Part shown: one piece after another, positions 47,148 to 56,167 of the stretch
How positions within the stretch are numbered: the first letter of the stretch is position 1
Layout: each line of letters starts with the position of its first letter
Assembly: GCA_037917685.1 (NCBI GenBank)
Contig: JAVCBU010000006.1
Location: 1-64,000, forward strand
DNA: 64,000 nt
Origin: Thermoproteota archaeon
Lineage (GTDB): Archaea > Korarchaeota > Korarchaeia > Korarchaeales > JAOZGB01
Reading direction: 5' to 3'
Notes under the pieces: model-generated
What the model saw: only the letters and a program-made list of their open reading frames with translations
What the model was told of the DNA's origin: nothing
Databases searched by the model: none
Translations under genes and position numbers: made by a program

Positions 47148-49640
47148 TTAACCTCCAGCTATTGGAGTCTGCTCTGGACTTGTGCCTACTGATACGTAGA
47201 CGACGCCCGGCGGCGGCTGCACGCCTGGCACTCCAACTCCCGGTGTTACGCCAAGCACTATGACGGCTGCGAACGGAGTCTCAACACCAGCCTTGCACCA
47301 GTTCTCAGCGGTCTCACGGATTATCTTTGTTGGGTCTGCTAGGGCTACTGAGGCTGCGTAGGTTCCGAATCTGTCTGTTCCTGCTACTACTAGGATGTGT
47401 TTGTCTGGGTTCCATGGGTTTTCCTTTGCATATTGTACTACGCCTAGGCCTGAGGTTATCCTTGGTACTAGTTCTGGTGGCCAGCCGTATACGCCTGTTA
47501 CGTTTTCCAGGGTCCATATCTGGTTGTTCCAGTCCATAAGCTTGTCGTTTCCTATGAAGCTTATTGGCAGCAGGCCTGTATCATTAAGCTCCTTAACATA
47601 ACTGTTGACCAGTGGCCCTCCGATCAGGATTAGGTTCTTCTCGCTCTTTGCACGCTCAGCATCAGGACTACCTGCGACGAATACTAGTGGCGCCTTGAGA
47701 TAGCTGAATACGTCTTCTCCGTCGAATATTGAGTCCTTCTCCTCTGCTGGGGTTATGTCCTGCATCGTCGTCAAATCATACTTCGTGGTACCTGTGAACT
47801 CGCCTTCACAGTTGAACCTGTCGAACACGCCTCCGAAGACACCAGTCACATCTTTACCTACAACGTTGACCAGCTCTATGTACTCGGATACCAGGAACAT
47901 GTCGTATGCGATTGCATTCTGATAGTTGGTGGCGTATCCCTCCCAGTTTCCAGCCAGTGATACGTCAAAGTCGAACTCGAATATTGCCATCTGTCTCATT
48001 ACCATGTATGGTAGGGATAGTGACCTCATTAGGTATAGGCCTTTCTGCTCATAGTCTACGCCACACCAGTTGTCCGGGTGGTCTGCTGGGATTATGAATC
48101 TCATGAACTTGTATGTGACACCGCCAATGTCTATTGTCTCGTTCAGGAGTAGCTCGCTCCAAGTCATCTGCTTAATGCCTACACACCCAGGCACAAGTGG
48201 GAAGTCTACTACCTGATATGGCTTGGTCCACTGCCACATTGTTGAAGAGTTTTCTCCATGGTAGTAGCCATTGTATCTGTCATCTCCTACTAATGCGTCT
48301 AGGTGGCCTATGTCGCCACAGCAGAACCAGTTTGGCGGTACAGAGTAGCCTGCATCTACGTACCTGCCCCTGTTATCCATGAATGCCCCATAATCAGGCT
48401 CATAGTATAGGTGTATCCTGCCGTCGAAGAGGCCTACTGTTACCTCGTTGAACAGGTAGTCTACTGGTACCTCATCACCATCTACGAGAGGCAGCAGGCT
48501 TATGAAATGTCCGGTAGTCTCGTCCTGGTATAGGAATGGTATTACGTCTATGCCGTCTATCTGCATTACTGGGACGTGTTTTGGTATGGGTGAGCTCCAG
48601 ACCTCTACATATGCGCAGTTTGAGTCGGGGCAGACCTTGCTAACGTGTATGTGTAGCTGTACTGGGGTTGCCCAGCATGAGAATGCCTTTGTGAATGTCA
48701 CATTGTATATCTGGGAGATGTTCTGTATCCAGCAGTCTACTATGTTTCCTGCTTCATCCTTCAGCGTGAAGGCTACTGTATGGTATGGATGTGTCAGGTT
48801 GGTGAAGTGATCCTCATCTATGTGGATAGCAGACACCTCAAGCATGTAGTTGAACGCCCATGGTAGGACATGGCTTTCTCCTATGATCCAAACCTCCTCG
48901 GGCATTCCGAATCTGAAGTTGACCTCGCCGTAATAGACTGTGTATCCGAAGTACCTCTGCAGGTGGTCATATCCTAGGGCTGCGAAATCGTAAACCGCCC
49001 ATGTGTTCGGATCTAGCGGGTCTGGCATTGTCCCTAGCCCGCCCCATGGCGTTATGAAACCGTCGCATCCAAGCCTGTAGGTTAGGAATTCTATGTATGG
49101 GTATGGGCATATGCATGGGTCAGCTATTCTCTGCCCATACAGGCCTACCCAAATTGCATACTCGCACTCGCCTTCCGTCCATGCAGTCCATAGCAGGTAT
49201 ATTGAGTCAATATCATAGACTACTTCGCCAGCGTCGGGTATGACTAACCCCATCCAGCATTCATCGAAGACTGGTGCGAACCACTTGAACGTTACGAGGT
49301 TTGCTAACACTATGTGGGACCAGTCGTACTCATATAGTGTTAGGTTAAGGTCTACCTCGTGTAGTTCGAATGGCTCTGGTGGGTAGGTGGCGTGTGATAT
49401 GTACATGTGTGTTCCTATCTTGGCGCCGATGAGGGTTGCTCCTACAACGTCTGCGGCTGCAGCTGTCTCTCCTACTATTATTGCTACCTCGTTTATCCCG
49501 TTTAGGTCGTAGTCTATCTTGCCTTCCTGTACGAATGGCGCTGGAAATTCTGTTAGCCTTGGATAGGCTGCTACTGGCGCTAGGGATACTCCAACTGCAA
49601 CCAGCAGCAAAACTGCTGCTAGAAAGCTTTTTCTCGACAT
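47148..49640 (-). CDS. S-layer protein (Methanococcales/Thermococcales-type N- and C-terminal domains)
   Basis: Signal peptide, IIVGETAAAADVVGA, NLILIGGPLVN and NPW...ILVVAGTDRFGT; ATG after SD AAGGTGA. Confidence 0.85.
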   Translation of the reverse strand: MSRKSFLAAVLLLVAVGVSLAPVAAYPRLTEFPAPFVQEGKIDYDLNGINEVAIIVGETAAAADVVGATLIGAKIGTHMYISHATYPPEPFELHEVDLNLTLYEYDWSHIVLANLVTFKWFAPVFDECWMGLVIPDAGEVVYDIDSIYLLWTAWTEGECEYAIWVGLYGQRIADPCICPYPYIEFLTYRLGCDGFITPWGGLGTMPDPLDPNTWAVYDFAALGYDHLQRYFGYTVYYGEVNFRFGMPEEVWIIGESHVLPWAFNYMLEVSAIHIDEDHFTNLTHPYHTVAFTLKDEAGNIVDCWIQNISQIYNVTFTKAFSCWATPVQLHIHVSKVCPDSNCAYVEVWSSPIPKHVPVMQIDGIDVIPFLYQDETTGHFISLLPLVDGDEVPVDYLFNEVTVGLFDGRIHLYYEPDYGAFMDNRGRYVDAGYSVPPNWFCCGDIGHLDALVGDDRYNGYYHGENSSTMWQWTKPYQVVDFPLVPGCVGIKQMTWSELLLNETIDIGGVTYKFMRFIIPADHPDNWCGVDYEQKGLYLMRSLSLPYMVMRQMAIFEFDFDVSLAGNWEGYATNYQNAIAYDMFLVSEYIELVNVVGKDVTGVFGGVFDRFNCEGEFTGTTKYDLTTMQDITPAEEKDSIFDGEDVFSYLKAPLVFVAGSPDAERAKSEKNLILIGGPLVNSYVKELNDTGLLPISFIGNDKLMDWNNQIWTLENVTGVYGWPPELVPRITSGLGVVQYAKENPWNPDKHILVVAGTDRFGTYAASVALADPTKIIRETAENWCKAGVETPFAAVIVLGVTPGVGVPGVQPPPGVVYVSVGTSPEQTPIAGG

Positions 49641-49695
49641 TTTTTTCTTCACCTTATTTCGCCCTTTTGGGCTGGTGAGAAGGTAGCTGAAGAAG

Positions 49696-49760
49696 CTTTT
49701 AAAGTTAAGTTTTGAAACGTTTTTGAAACGAATCTAAACATGTTAGATTTGAACGTTTGA
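49696..49760 (-). promoter_or_regulatory. S-layer promoter with upstream direct and inverted repeats
   Basis: TTTAAAAG TATA (49696-49703); TTTTGAAACG twice at 11-bp spacing; AATCTAA-N5-TTAGATT. Confidence 0.55.
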
Positions 49761-49805
49761 GTCTTAGATTGTGGTGATATTGTTTATCTGACATTTTTTA
49801 CGGGT

Positions 49806-49985
49806 TTATCTGTTTTCTGGATTTTTGCGTTGATTATTCGACGTTGGTTGATGCTGTGATAGCTGAAGTATTGGGGGGAATTTTGGCGGATGGGGGGTGA
49901 GGGTTGGCTTGCCGCAGTATGGACATACTTGTTTAAGTGTGTATATAGCACAGTATGGGCATTTCATTATACGGGGTCTAGGCAT
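49806..49985 (-). CDS. nop10: H/ACA RNP protein Nop10 (59 aa, missing from the ORF track)
   Basis: Manual translation MPRPRIMKCPYCAIYTLKQVCPYCGKPTLTPHPPKF...; follows eif2a. Confidence 0.9.
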   Translation of the reverse strand: MPRPRIMKCPYCAIYTLKQVCPYCGKPTLTPHPPKFPPILQLSQHQPTSNNQRKNPENR

Positions 49986-49986
49986 T

Positions 49987-50724
49987 TTACTCAGCTAGGT
50001 ATTCTTTGGCTGTTCTCTCGAAGGCCTCTAGTGACCTGGTTACTGCTTTTGGGTTTATGCTTGTTGCTTTAACCATGTATCTTGGGGCTCCAAGATAGGA
50101 TACTGTTACTTTTGCCCCTTGTTTTACTGCTTCTTCGAGGGCCTTGGCGATGGCTTCTCTTATCAGTTTTACTCCGTTGGGCCTCGTGCTTTTCAGTATT
50201 ATTGTCCGGGTTCCCTCGTATACTTTTGGTTTTACATGCTTCTTGGATAGCCTCCAGATTTCCTCTGCTATTTTATCCTCTATTCCGGATTTTACGAGGA
50301 CTTCCTTGCCTTTCCTCACTGTGTCTTCAAGGGCTGAAAGTACGTCCCCGTATATTTTCTGGAGCCTACTCCAGACTCTGTTGACATGGGTCCCTGGTAG
50401 GTTCAGGTTTTTAACTGCCATTTCAATTATTTTCCTCGCTCTCCTGTCTCTTTTCCATTGTTTTAGGGTTTCGTCTCTTTCCCTTTTGGTTACGTATTTT
50501 AGTGAGAGATCTACCATTAGCCTTTTATGATCTACCTTTATTACTCTTGCTACAACTCTTTGTCCTTCTCTAACGTAGTCTTTTATATTTCTAATTCTTG
50601 CTGCGGTAACATGTGCTCTAGGTATGAGGGCTTCATACTTGGGGTAACCCTCTACTTTTACTATTGCACCGTACTCTTCTACATGAGTTACTGTTGCCAC
50701 CACTAGGTCTCCCACCTTAAGCAT
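49987..50724 (-). CDS. eif2a: Translation initiation factor aIF2 alpha
   Basis: S1 domain GDLVVATV...VDLSLK; YLGAPRY. Confidence 0.95.
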   Translation of the reverse strand: MLKVGDLVVATVTHVEEYGAIVKVEGYPKYEALIPRAHVTAARIRNIKDYVREGQRVVARVIKVDHKRLMVDLSLKYVTKRERDETLKQWKRDRRARKIIEMAVKNLNLPGTHVNRVWSRLQKIYGDVLSALEDTVRKGKEVLVKSGIEDKIAEEIWRLSKKHVKPKVYEGTRTIILKSTRPNGVKLIREAIAKALEEAVKQGAKVTVSYLGAPRYMVKATSINPKAVTRSLEAFERTAKEYLAE

Positions 50725-50921
50725 TAGGCCACCTCTGCGAGTATCTTAGCTTTTATATCTGCTTTGCCTCCCTTAGGAATTGCCAGAGTGTTGTCACATA
50801 TTAAACATTTTACAACAGACTTAGCATGTGAAAATATTACCTGCTCATTTCCGCAGTTGGGGCACTCAACTTTTAGGAATTTAGATTTAGGAAGCGGGAT
50901 TAGTTCAAGCTTTCTACCCAT
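50724..50921 (-). CDS. rps27e: 30S ribosomal protein eS27
   Basis: [29 protein letters not shown]. Confidence 0.97.
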   Translation of the reverse strand: MGRKLELIPLPKSKFLKVECPNCGNEQVIFSHAKSVVKCLICDNTLAIPKGGKADIKAKILAEVA

Positions 50922-50925
50922 CTTA

Positions 50926-51210
50926 TCACCCTATTGTAACCTTTGATAGACGGCCTAGGCACCTAAGCTGTTTAGCTCCGCATTCCCCGCATTTTAACAC
51001 TATCACCGCTTTCTTTGTGGTTTTAGCCTTTCTCCTCAGTCGGCCTCTAGGCTCGCCACCGTATCCCTTCCTTTTCTCTTCAAGCTGTCTTATACCCCAG
51101 GATAGTTTCCTGGCTTTGCCAGGCTTATAAAGCTCTACCTTATGCACCGTGTGGCGGCCGCATCTTTTACAGAAGGTTCTTATTGTTTCAGGAACTTTCA
51201 CTTTGATCAC
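50926..51210 (-). CDS. rpl44e: 50S ribosomal protein eL42 (L44e)
   Basis: [17 protein letters not shown] and KTTKK..LKCGECG. Confidence 0.96.
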   Translation of the reverse strand: MIKVKVPETIRTFCKRCGRHTVHKVELYKPGKARKLSWGIRQLEEKRKGYGGEPRGRLRRKAKTTKKAVIVLKCGECGAKQLRCLGRLSKVTIG

Positions 51211-51718
51211 CTAGTCTTCTGGCGGCTCCTCTTATAAGCAGAGCTTCCACATTCTCACGTGGAAGGTTCGCTATATCCCCTACCTTGAAGGGCCCATAAG
51301 TTTTGCCGTCCACCCCTATCATTCTAGGAACTGGTTTAAGAAATAGAACAAGCTCTCTTATAAATGGTTCCTTAGTGGAAGGCTGGACAGATACTTCAAC
51401 TTTCTGGGTAGTGCTCTCAATTTTTAGACCCTCCTCCATGTGTCTTAGAAGAGTGGATTCTGCGGGAAGGAGTTTGCCTTTACGTAACAGCATCTGCTTT
51501 GCTAATCTTAGTTCTAACAAGTTTTTAAGCATGTTAGCTATGTTTTCATTAATTTTAACAAGCTCGGTGGAAGAGGGTTTTCTGGAAATTATGCTTGATA
51601 CTTCATCATAAAACGTTTCTTCTATACTAGTAGGCTCGATCTTCGAGTACTCTTCTACAAGTTTCTTGTAAAGCTTAACATATATCTCAATGATTTTGCT
51701 ATTATTGTACTGGCTCAA
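51188..51718 (-). CDS. GINS subunit Gins51-like
   Basis: LLELRLAK; B-domain IGVDGKTYGPFKVGDIANLPRENVEAL. Confidence 0.85.
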   Translation of the reverse strand: MSQYNNSKIIEIYVKLYKKLVEEYSKIEPTSIEETFYDEVSSIISRKPSSTELVKINENIANMLKNLLELRLAKQMLLRKGKLLPAESTLLRHMEEGLKIESTTQKVEVSVQPSTKEPFIRELVLFLKPVPRMIGVDGKTYGPFKVGDIANLPRENVEALLIRGAARRLGDQSESS

Positions 51719-52901
51719 CCATACCCTTTAATAATAAGGTTACGGCCATGTATAAAGGTAGCTCAAGCACCTCGCCGACAGGGGCACTTGGTGGATTGAT
51801 AGGACTTCTAGGTAACTTCGGTATGCCAAGCGATCTTACCCTTATAGGCCGGTCTCCTAGGCTTGTAGCTGAGATGGACGGATTGAAAGTATAGAGTTCT
51901 TCGATAGTCAAAGGATAGACCCTCCATCCTGTTTTCCCATGAAGAGTGTTGGGAATCCTTGATGACCGTTTCAGGTCAGGCGTCACTACCTTATCAACCC
52001 TACACCCGTATTTTTCTCTTACATCATTAACCAAGCCTCTTAGAACTTTATCTATCCTTGACTTTCTCGCTACTTTAAATGGCCTTCCATCTGTAAGGGA
52101 GCGCCTTATCTCGGACAATAACTCAGGATTACTCTTAATTCTATTAAGAGAGTCAAGTATCGACTCAACGTGTTTTGCGTATCTACCCCGCCATCCGGAC
52201 TCTCTAACAGAAGGAAGAATTATGAATTTCTCCTTCTTATCCAGCACTACTCTAACTATCAGCTCAGGGCTTAGCCTAGACCCACTAACGTATTCGACGA
52301 TACTCTTTCTCTGATCTTCGCTTAAATCCAGAATTTTAGGATCTGAAACTATAACGTGAAACCCCCTGTTTCCAGTAAATACTATTCTTATTTCTTGTTT
52401 TGGGAAACAGAAGTCTCCCAGTAAGAATTCTTCTATTAGTTTTACAGTTTCGTTTCTAGCTGCCTTGAGGCATGAGTTACAGATCCACGTTATAGTCTTT
52501 AATTTGGTATTTCCGCATTCTGGACAGTTATCGGGTGGGCTACCTCTTCCCTTAATGTTGCATCTCTCGCATATCCAGTAGTCATGCTGGTGCTTACAGG
52601 GGGGGTTCAACTTGTCTATATCTATGTCGAATAGTAATTCCATTCCTAGCCATCCCTCCATTTTCTCTGGTTTTTCATATTTAGAGGTAGAATAGTATGC
52701 ATGGGCAGGAACATCGTTCACAAGTCTGTTTCTAAGTTCTTCCTGGCTATGGAATCTAAGATATCTTGTCACCTTTCCATCGAAGCGCATCAGCATAATC
52801 TCCCTTCTTGTAATATCCTCGACTGAGATAATCATCTTTCTCCTTCTGTAATAGTCTTTAAAAGCTTCTACGATAAGATTGCTGGAATCCTGTCTTTTCA
52901 T
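51702..52901 (-). CDS. priS: DNA primase catalytic subunit
   Basis: ELLFDIDID, FTGNRGFH, VDKVVTPD and R.PNTLHGKTG; Zn-ribbon insert. Confidence 0.95.
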   Translation of the reverse strand: MKRQDSSNLIVEAFKDYYRRRKMIISVEDITRREIMLMRFDGKVTRYLRFHSQEELRNRLVNDVPAHAYYSTSKYEKPEKMEGWLGMELLFDIDIDKLNPPCKHQHDYWICERCNIKGRGSPPDNCPECGNTKLKTITWICNSCLKAARNETVKLIEEFLLGDFCFPKQEIRIVFTGNRGFHVIVSDPKILDLSEDQRKSIVEYVSGSRLSPELIVRVVLDKKEKFIILPSVRESGWRGRYAKHVESILDSLNRIKSNPELLSEIRRSLTDGRPFKVARKSRIDKVLRGLVNDVREKYGCRVDKVVTPDLKRSSRIPNTLHGKTGWRVYPLTIEELYTFNPSISATSLGDRPIRVRSLGIPKLPRSPINPPSAPVGEVLELPLYMAVTLLLKGMVEPVQ

Positions 52902-53869
52902 GTCTTTCTACCGTACTGTAATGGATTTCGAATATCTTTACATGCTTCATTTTTCTTGCATATGCCCAACTCTTCCAATCTTGCGCATGAGGGGGGAAGA
53001 TAGCCTTTTCTCTTTATATAGCTTATCTGATACATTGATATCTTCTCGTCAAAGTCCGGTGATTGCTTGAACACTTCCATGGTTTCTTCGACGGTTTTTC
53101 CCCTGTTTAGAAGGTATGCTGCCAGAATGAACCTTGACACATGTGTTAAGCCCTTATCAACCTCCCCCATTAGCCACCTCATACATGGTGGATCTGTTCT
53201 TCCTCTCGGCTTCACTCTAGGTTTAGCACTGCTTAAGTACGCATTCTTTATCCTCCTTGCAGCCTCGATGATGTTAGATGGTACACTAACTGGGGGCTTA
53301 CCTGCTACCTCTAGGATGTGGCTTTTTACTTTAGCTTCTAGGAGTCTCATATACTCTTTAACAGTTACATAGACATATCCGTTTATTATTTTCCTATTGG
53401 ATGGATCCCATCGCTCAGATATAGGCCCGATCCCAAGCGTAGATGCGAGTTTTATGTAGCTTACAAGGTCTATGGCTACCGATTTCACATCATCACCGAC
53501 CGTTATGGCTTCGATGCCGAACTCTTCCTTTCCAACTGTAATTAATACTTCAATATCATCCGCAGACCAGCGAGAGGCTATTTTCTCTGCTTCTCTCACT
53601 GCGTATTTATATGTTAGTCCTCTTAGGCTGATTATTGAAAGAATTATGTTTGCAATCGGATGTGATAGGATTTCCAACCATGGACCCGGACTTTCAAGCT
53701 TGATTGATGGTTTAATGGCGGACATTATTTTCCTTTCGGCTAACAGTATGGCAGGTGAAATTTGGGGCTTCCCAAGATCTTCCATGCTTTTAACTTTGAG
53801 AGAAACTATCTTCTTAGCTTTCTGGGAGAAGGGAAATTTCAGGCAGTATTCTAGAGTGGCGCTGTCCAA
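52898..53869 (-). CDS. priL: DNA primase large subunit
   Basis: KFPFS, PPCM, H..RF, PDFDE...YQ and PPSC...GIC...C..NPLQY. Confidence 0.93.
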   Translation of the reverse strand: MDSATLEYCLKFPFSQKAKKIVSLKVKSMEDLGKPQISPAILLAERKIMSAIKPSIKLESPGPWLEILSHPIANIILSIISLRGLTYKYAVREAEKIASRWSADDIEVLITVGKEEFGIEAITVGDDVKSVAIDLVSYIKLASTLGIGPISERWDPSNRKIINGYVYVTVKEYMRLLEAKVKSHILEVAGKPPVSVPSNIIEAARRIKNAYLSSAKPRVKPRGRTDPPCMRWLMGEVDKGLTHVSRFILAAYLLNRGKTVEETMEVFKQSPDFDEKISMYQISYIKRKGYLPPSCARLEELGICKKNEACKDIRNPLQYGRKT

Positions 53870-53878
53870 GAATGTTTT

Positions 53879-54628
53879 TTACCTCCTCTCAACTATCGGG
53901 GCCAGATAGTATGTTAGGGTAGCTCCTTCTATCATTGGATAATCTAAGATTAATGGTTTGTCCGTGGCAAATTTTAGCCCGGCTATGTCTGAGGTTTTGC
54001 ACCCCACCATCATTTTTCCAAGTAGAGAAAGTGAGTATATACTTTCAGTTCTTGATTCAACGTTTAGTTCTAGCAGTACAGGGTCACCACGGTTAAAGGT
54101 GTTTGTATAGCTACCTGTTTCTGTCTTAGCTGCTATGGACAGTTTGTCCTCTTCAGCTACAAAGCGAGCCTCGCTAGATACAGAAGAGAGGAACTTGATA
54201 GCATGTTCAAGCTCGGAACTTATCAGTTTTGCATCTGCTGTGAAAACTTCCTTAGGTTCCTGAGGGATTTGTGGTGGGTCTATAGTCGAGAAAGTCATAG
54301 TCCGTGTCGTTACACCCTTAAGGATAAGAGTTATGGAAGACGCATCTTCTGAAATCCGGATTTCAAGCCGATCTCCAGATCTTAGTGCTTTAAATGCCTT
54401 GTCTATATCTTTAAAGTTTAAGCCAACCGTTATTTCCTTCTCACAGTCAAACGTTGAGAAATAGATAGACGGCAAGCTGAACTTTATCATGGCACTTTTA
54501 GTATAGTCTAAAGCCTTGAGTTCCAGTCTTTCAGGGGAGAGTATTAATGGAGCCTCTTCCGTTATCTCAGAAACAGCCTTTATGAGCTTTCTTAACGCTT
54601 CCGCCTCTTCAACTTCAGCTCTAAACAC
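53879..54628 (-). CDS. pcn: Sliding clamp PCNA
   Basis: LELKALD, ITVGLN, YSLSLL, DKPL and YYLAP. Confidence 0.94.
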   Translation of the reverse strand: MFRAEVEEAEALRKLIKAVSEITEEAPLILSPERLELKALDYTKSAMIKFSLPSIYFSTFDCEKEITVGLNFKDIDKAFKALRSGDRLEIRISEDASSITLILKGVTTRTMTFSTIDPPQIPQEPKEVFTADAKLISSELEHAIKFLSSVSSEARFVAEEDKLSIAAKTETGSYTNTFNRGDPVLLELNVESRTESIYSLSLLGKMMVGCKTSDIAGLKFATDKPLILDYPMIEGATLTYYLAPIVERR

Positions 54629-54633
54629 TCACA

Positions 54634-54969
54634 TCACCATAGATCTTCTAATCCTCCTAACTTCTCTTCTAATTCTCTAGCTTTCAAATAAATAGTTAAC
54701 TCAAGCCCGTCTAGGTTTACGATTTGCTCTTCTATCAACTCAACATTTGATTCGGAGGCGGTGTTAACAAGGCCTATTACCATTACAGGCTTTTTAACCT
54801 CATACTTCAACGGCTCTTCTGTATACACTCTTGCAACCCCAGTATCATCTTGAACAAGTATGTAATTCACTCCACGGCCTACAACTATTCCAACAATAGT
54901 AACCTTCCGATCAGCCGGGGTAATCTCTGAAATTCTTTTCTCGACGCTAGCAGTGTAATTCCTGCTCAA
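54634..54969 (-). CDS. Small OB-fold protein, RPA14/RPA3-like
   Basis: EKRISEI...KVTIVGIVV...VQDDTG...VMVIG..; C-terminal helix. Confidence 0.75.
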   Translation of the reverse strand: MSRNYTASVEKRISEITPADRKVTIVGIVVGRGVNYILVQDDTGVARVYTEEPLKYEVKKPVMVIGLVNTASESNVELIEEQIVNLDGLELTIYLKARELEEKLGGLEDLW

Positions 54970-55286
54970 GAATACTCCCTCCATGTATAACCGCATTTAA
55001 CACATTTATAGAAGCGTGTTTCAGGCTCATCACCACCTCTAGTTTGCATAAACCAGTAGTAGGCTTCATTATGACCACATTTAGGGCATTCTATGTTTGT
55101 CTTCGGGTAGATTTCAAACTTAACTTGCTCATCTATGATTGTAATCTTATCCTCTTTGTTAATCATCTTAAGTTCGACAAGACTTCCGCCAGGGTTGTCA
55201 GTGACATATCCACAGCTACACTCCCATAGTTTCTTACCTGCCTTTTTAGATGGCGTCATTAAGGCCCCGCATCTTGGACAGAACAA
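54966..55286 (-). CDS. tfs: Transcription factor S
   Basis: MFCPRCG and CPKCG...QTRGGDEP.TRFYKC..C. Confidence 0.95.
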   Translation of the reverse strand: MFCPRCGALMTPSKKAGKKLWECSCGYVTDNPGGSLVELKMINKEDKITIIDEQVKFEIYPKTNIECPKCGHNEAYYWFMQTRGGDEPETRFYKCVKCGYTWREYS

Positions 55287-55357
55287 TTACTCCACCAATT
55301 AATGGCAACGTCCCCTCACCCTTTTATTTTTTACTAGTCTCTAAACATTAGAGCCAA

Positions 55358-55903
55358 TTGAAAAGCGGCATAAAAATATTGGCCATTGACGACTGTAAAA
55401 GTTCAAGGAAAAGGAGAAGGGTGCCAATAGTTGGTGTTATTTTTAGAGGAAGTTTTTTTATAGAGGATGCTCTGAAAGGATGGTTGACGAGAGACGGAAT
55501 GGATGCCACGGAGGCGATTATAAGACTCCACAATTCCTCGTCCCATAGACATCAAATCCAATTAATAATGCTTCATGGTACAGTAATGGCGGGCTTTAAT
55601 ATCGTGGATATGAAGAACCTAAATGAAACATTAGGTAAACCCGTTATAGCTGTAACGGAGAAAAAGCCTGATTTCCAAATGGTTAGTCGCGCCCTTAGAA
55701 ACCTCCCAAACTATACTGAAAGAATAAAGATTGTAGAGAAGAATGGGGAATTTGAGGAGTTTAAAACGATTTATGGCAAAGTTTACGTTAATTATTCTGG
55801 TTTGGACAGTAAGGTTGTACAAAGAACCATCTGGAGCCTATCAAAACACTCTAAGATTCCAGAGCCGCTTAGAGTAGCCCATATATTATCCAGGCTGTTT
55901 TAA
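55358..55903 (+). CDS. DUF99 / endonuclease dU family
   Basis: ILAIDD, DGMDAT, AGFNIVD and PEPLRVAH. Confidence 0.9.
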   Translation: MKSGIKILAIDDCKSSRKRRRVPIVGVIFRGSFFIEDALKGWLTRDGMDATEAIIRLHNSSSHRHQIQLIMLHGTVMAGFNIVDMKNLNETLGKPVIAVTEKKPDFQMVSRALRNLPNYTERIKIVEKNGEFEEFKTIYGKVYVNYSGLDSKVVQRTIWSLSKHSKIPEPLRVAHILSRLF

Positions 55904-56158
55904 ATCCTCCTTTAACCTTTCAAACTCGGCTATAAGATCATCTATTCCCCTAATTAGAAGCTTGAGAGGGTTCCCCTCCTTTGCTCTAACTATAAGCTTC
56001 CCCTTCTCATGAAGAGGGTGGGGGACGTCATAGCCAGCTATTTCGACTTCATCATACTCTAAAAGTTTGGTAGAAATAAGGTTTAGAATCGTATGCGTTT
56101 CTCCCTCAACTTCAACCTCCAATAAATCTCCCTCCTTCCTCACGACGGAAACCTTCAA
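55886..56158 (-). CDS. rpoL: RNA polymerase subunit Rpo11/L
   Basis: EGETHTILNL and AGYDVPHPL. Confidence 0.94.
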   Translation of the reverse strand: MKVSVVRKEGDLLEVEVEGETHTILNLISTKLLEYDEVEIAGYDVPHPLHEKGKLIVRAKEGNPLKLLIRGIDDLIAEFERLKEDLKQPG

Positions 56159-56167
56159 TCTAACCAC

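Noticed and set aside
49709-49730. TTTTGAAAC repeats resembling CRISPR repeat ends
   Set aside because: Only two 10-bp copies with no spacers and no cas genes; treated as promoter elements.
49860-49885. BHB intron explanation for the Nop10 frame change
   Set aside because: No 4-bp central helix could be formed.
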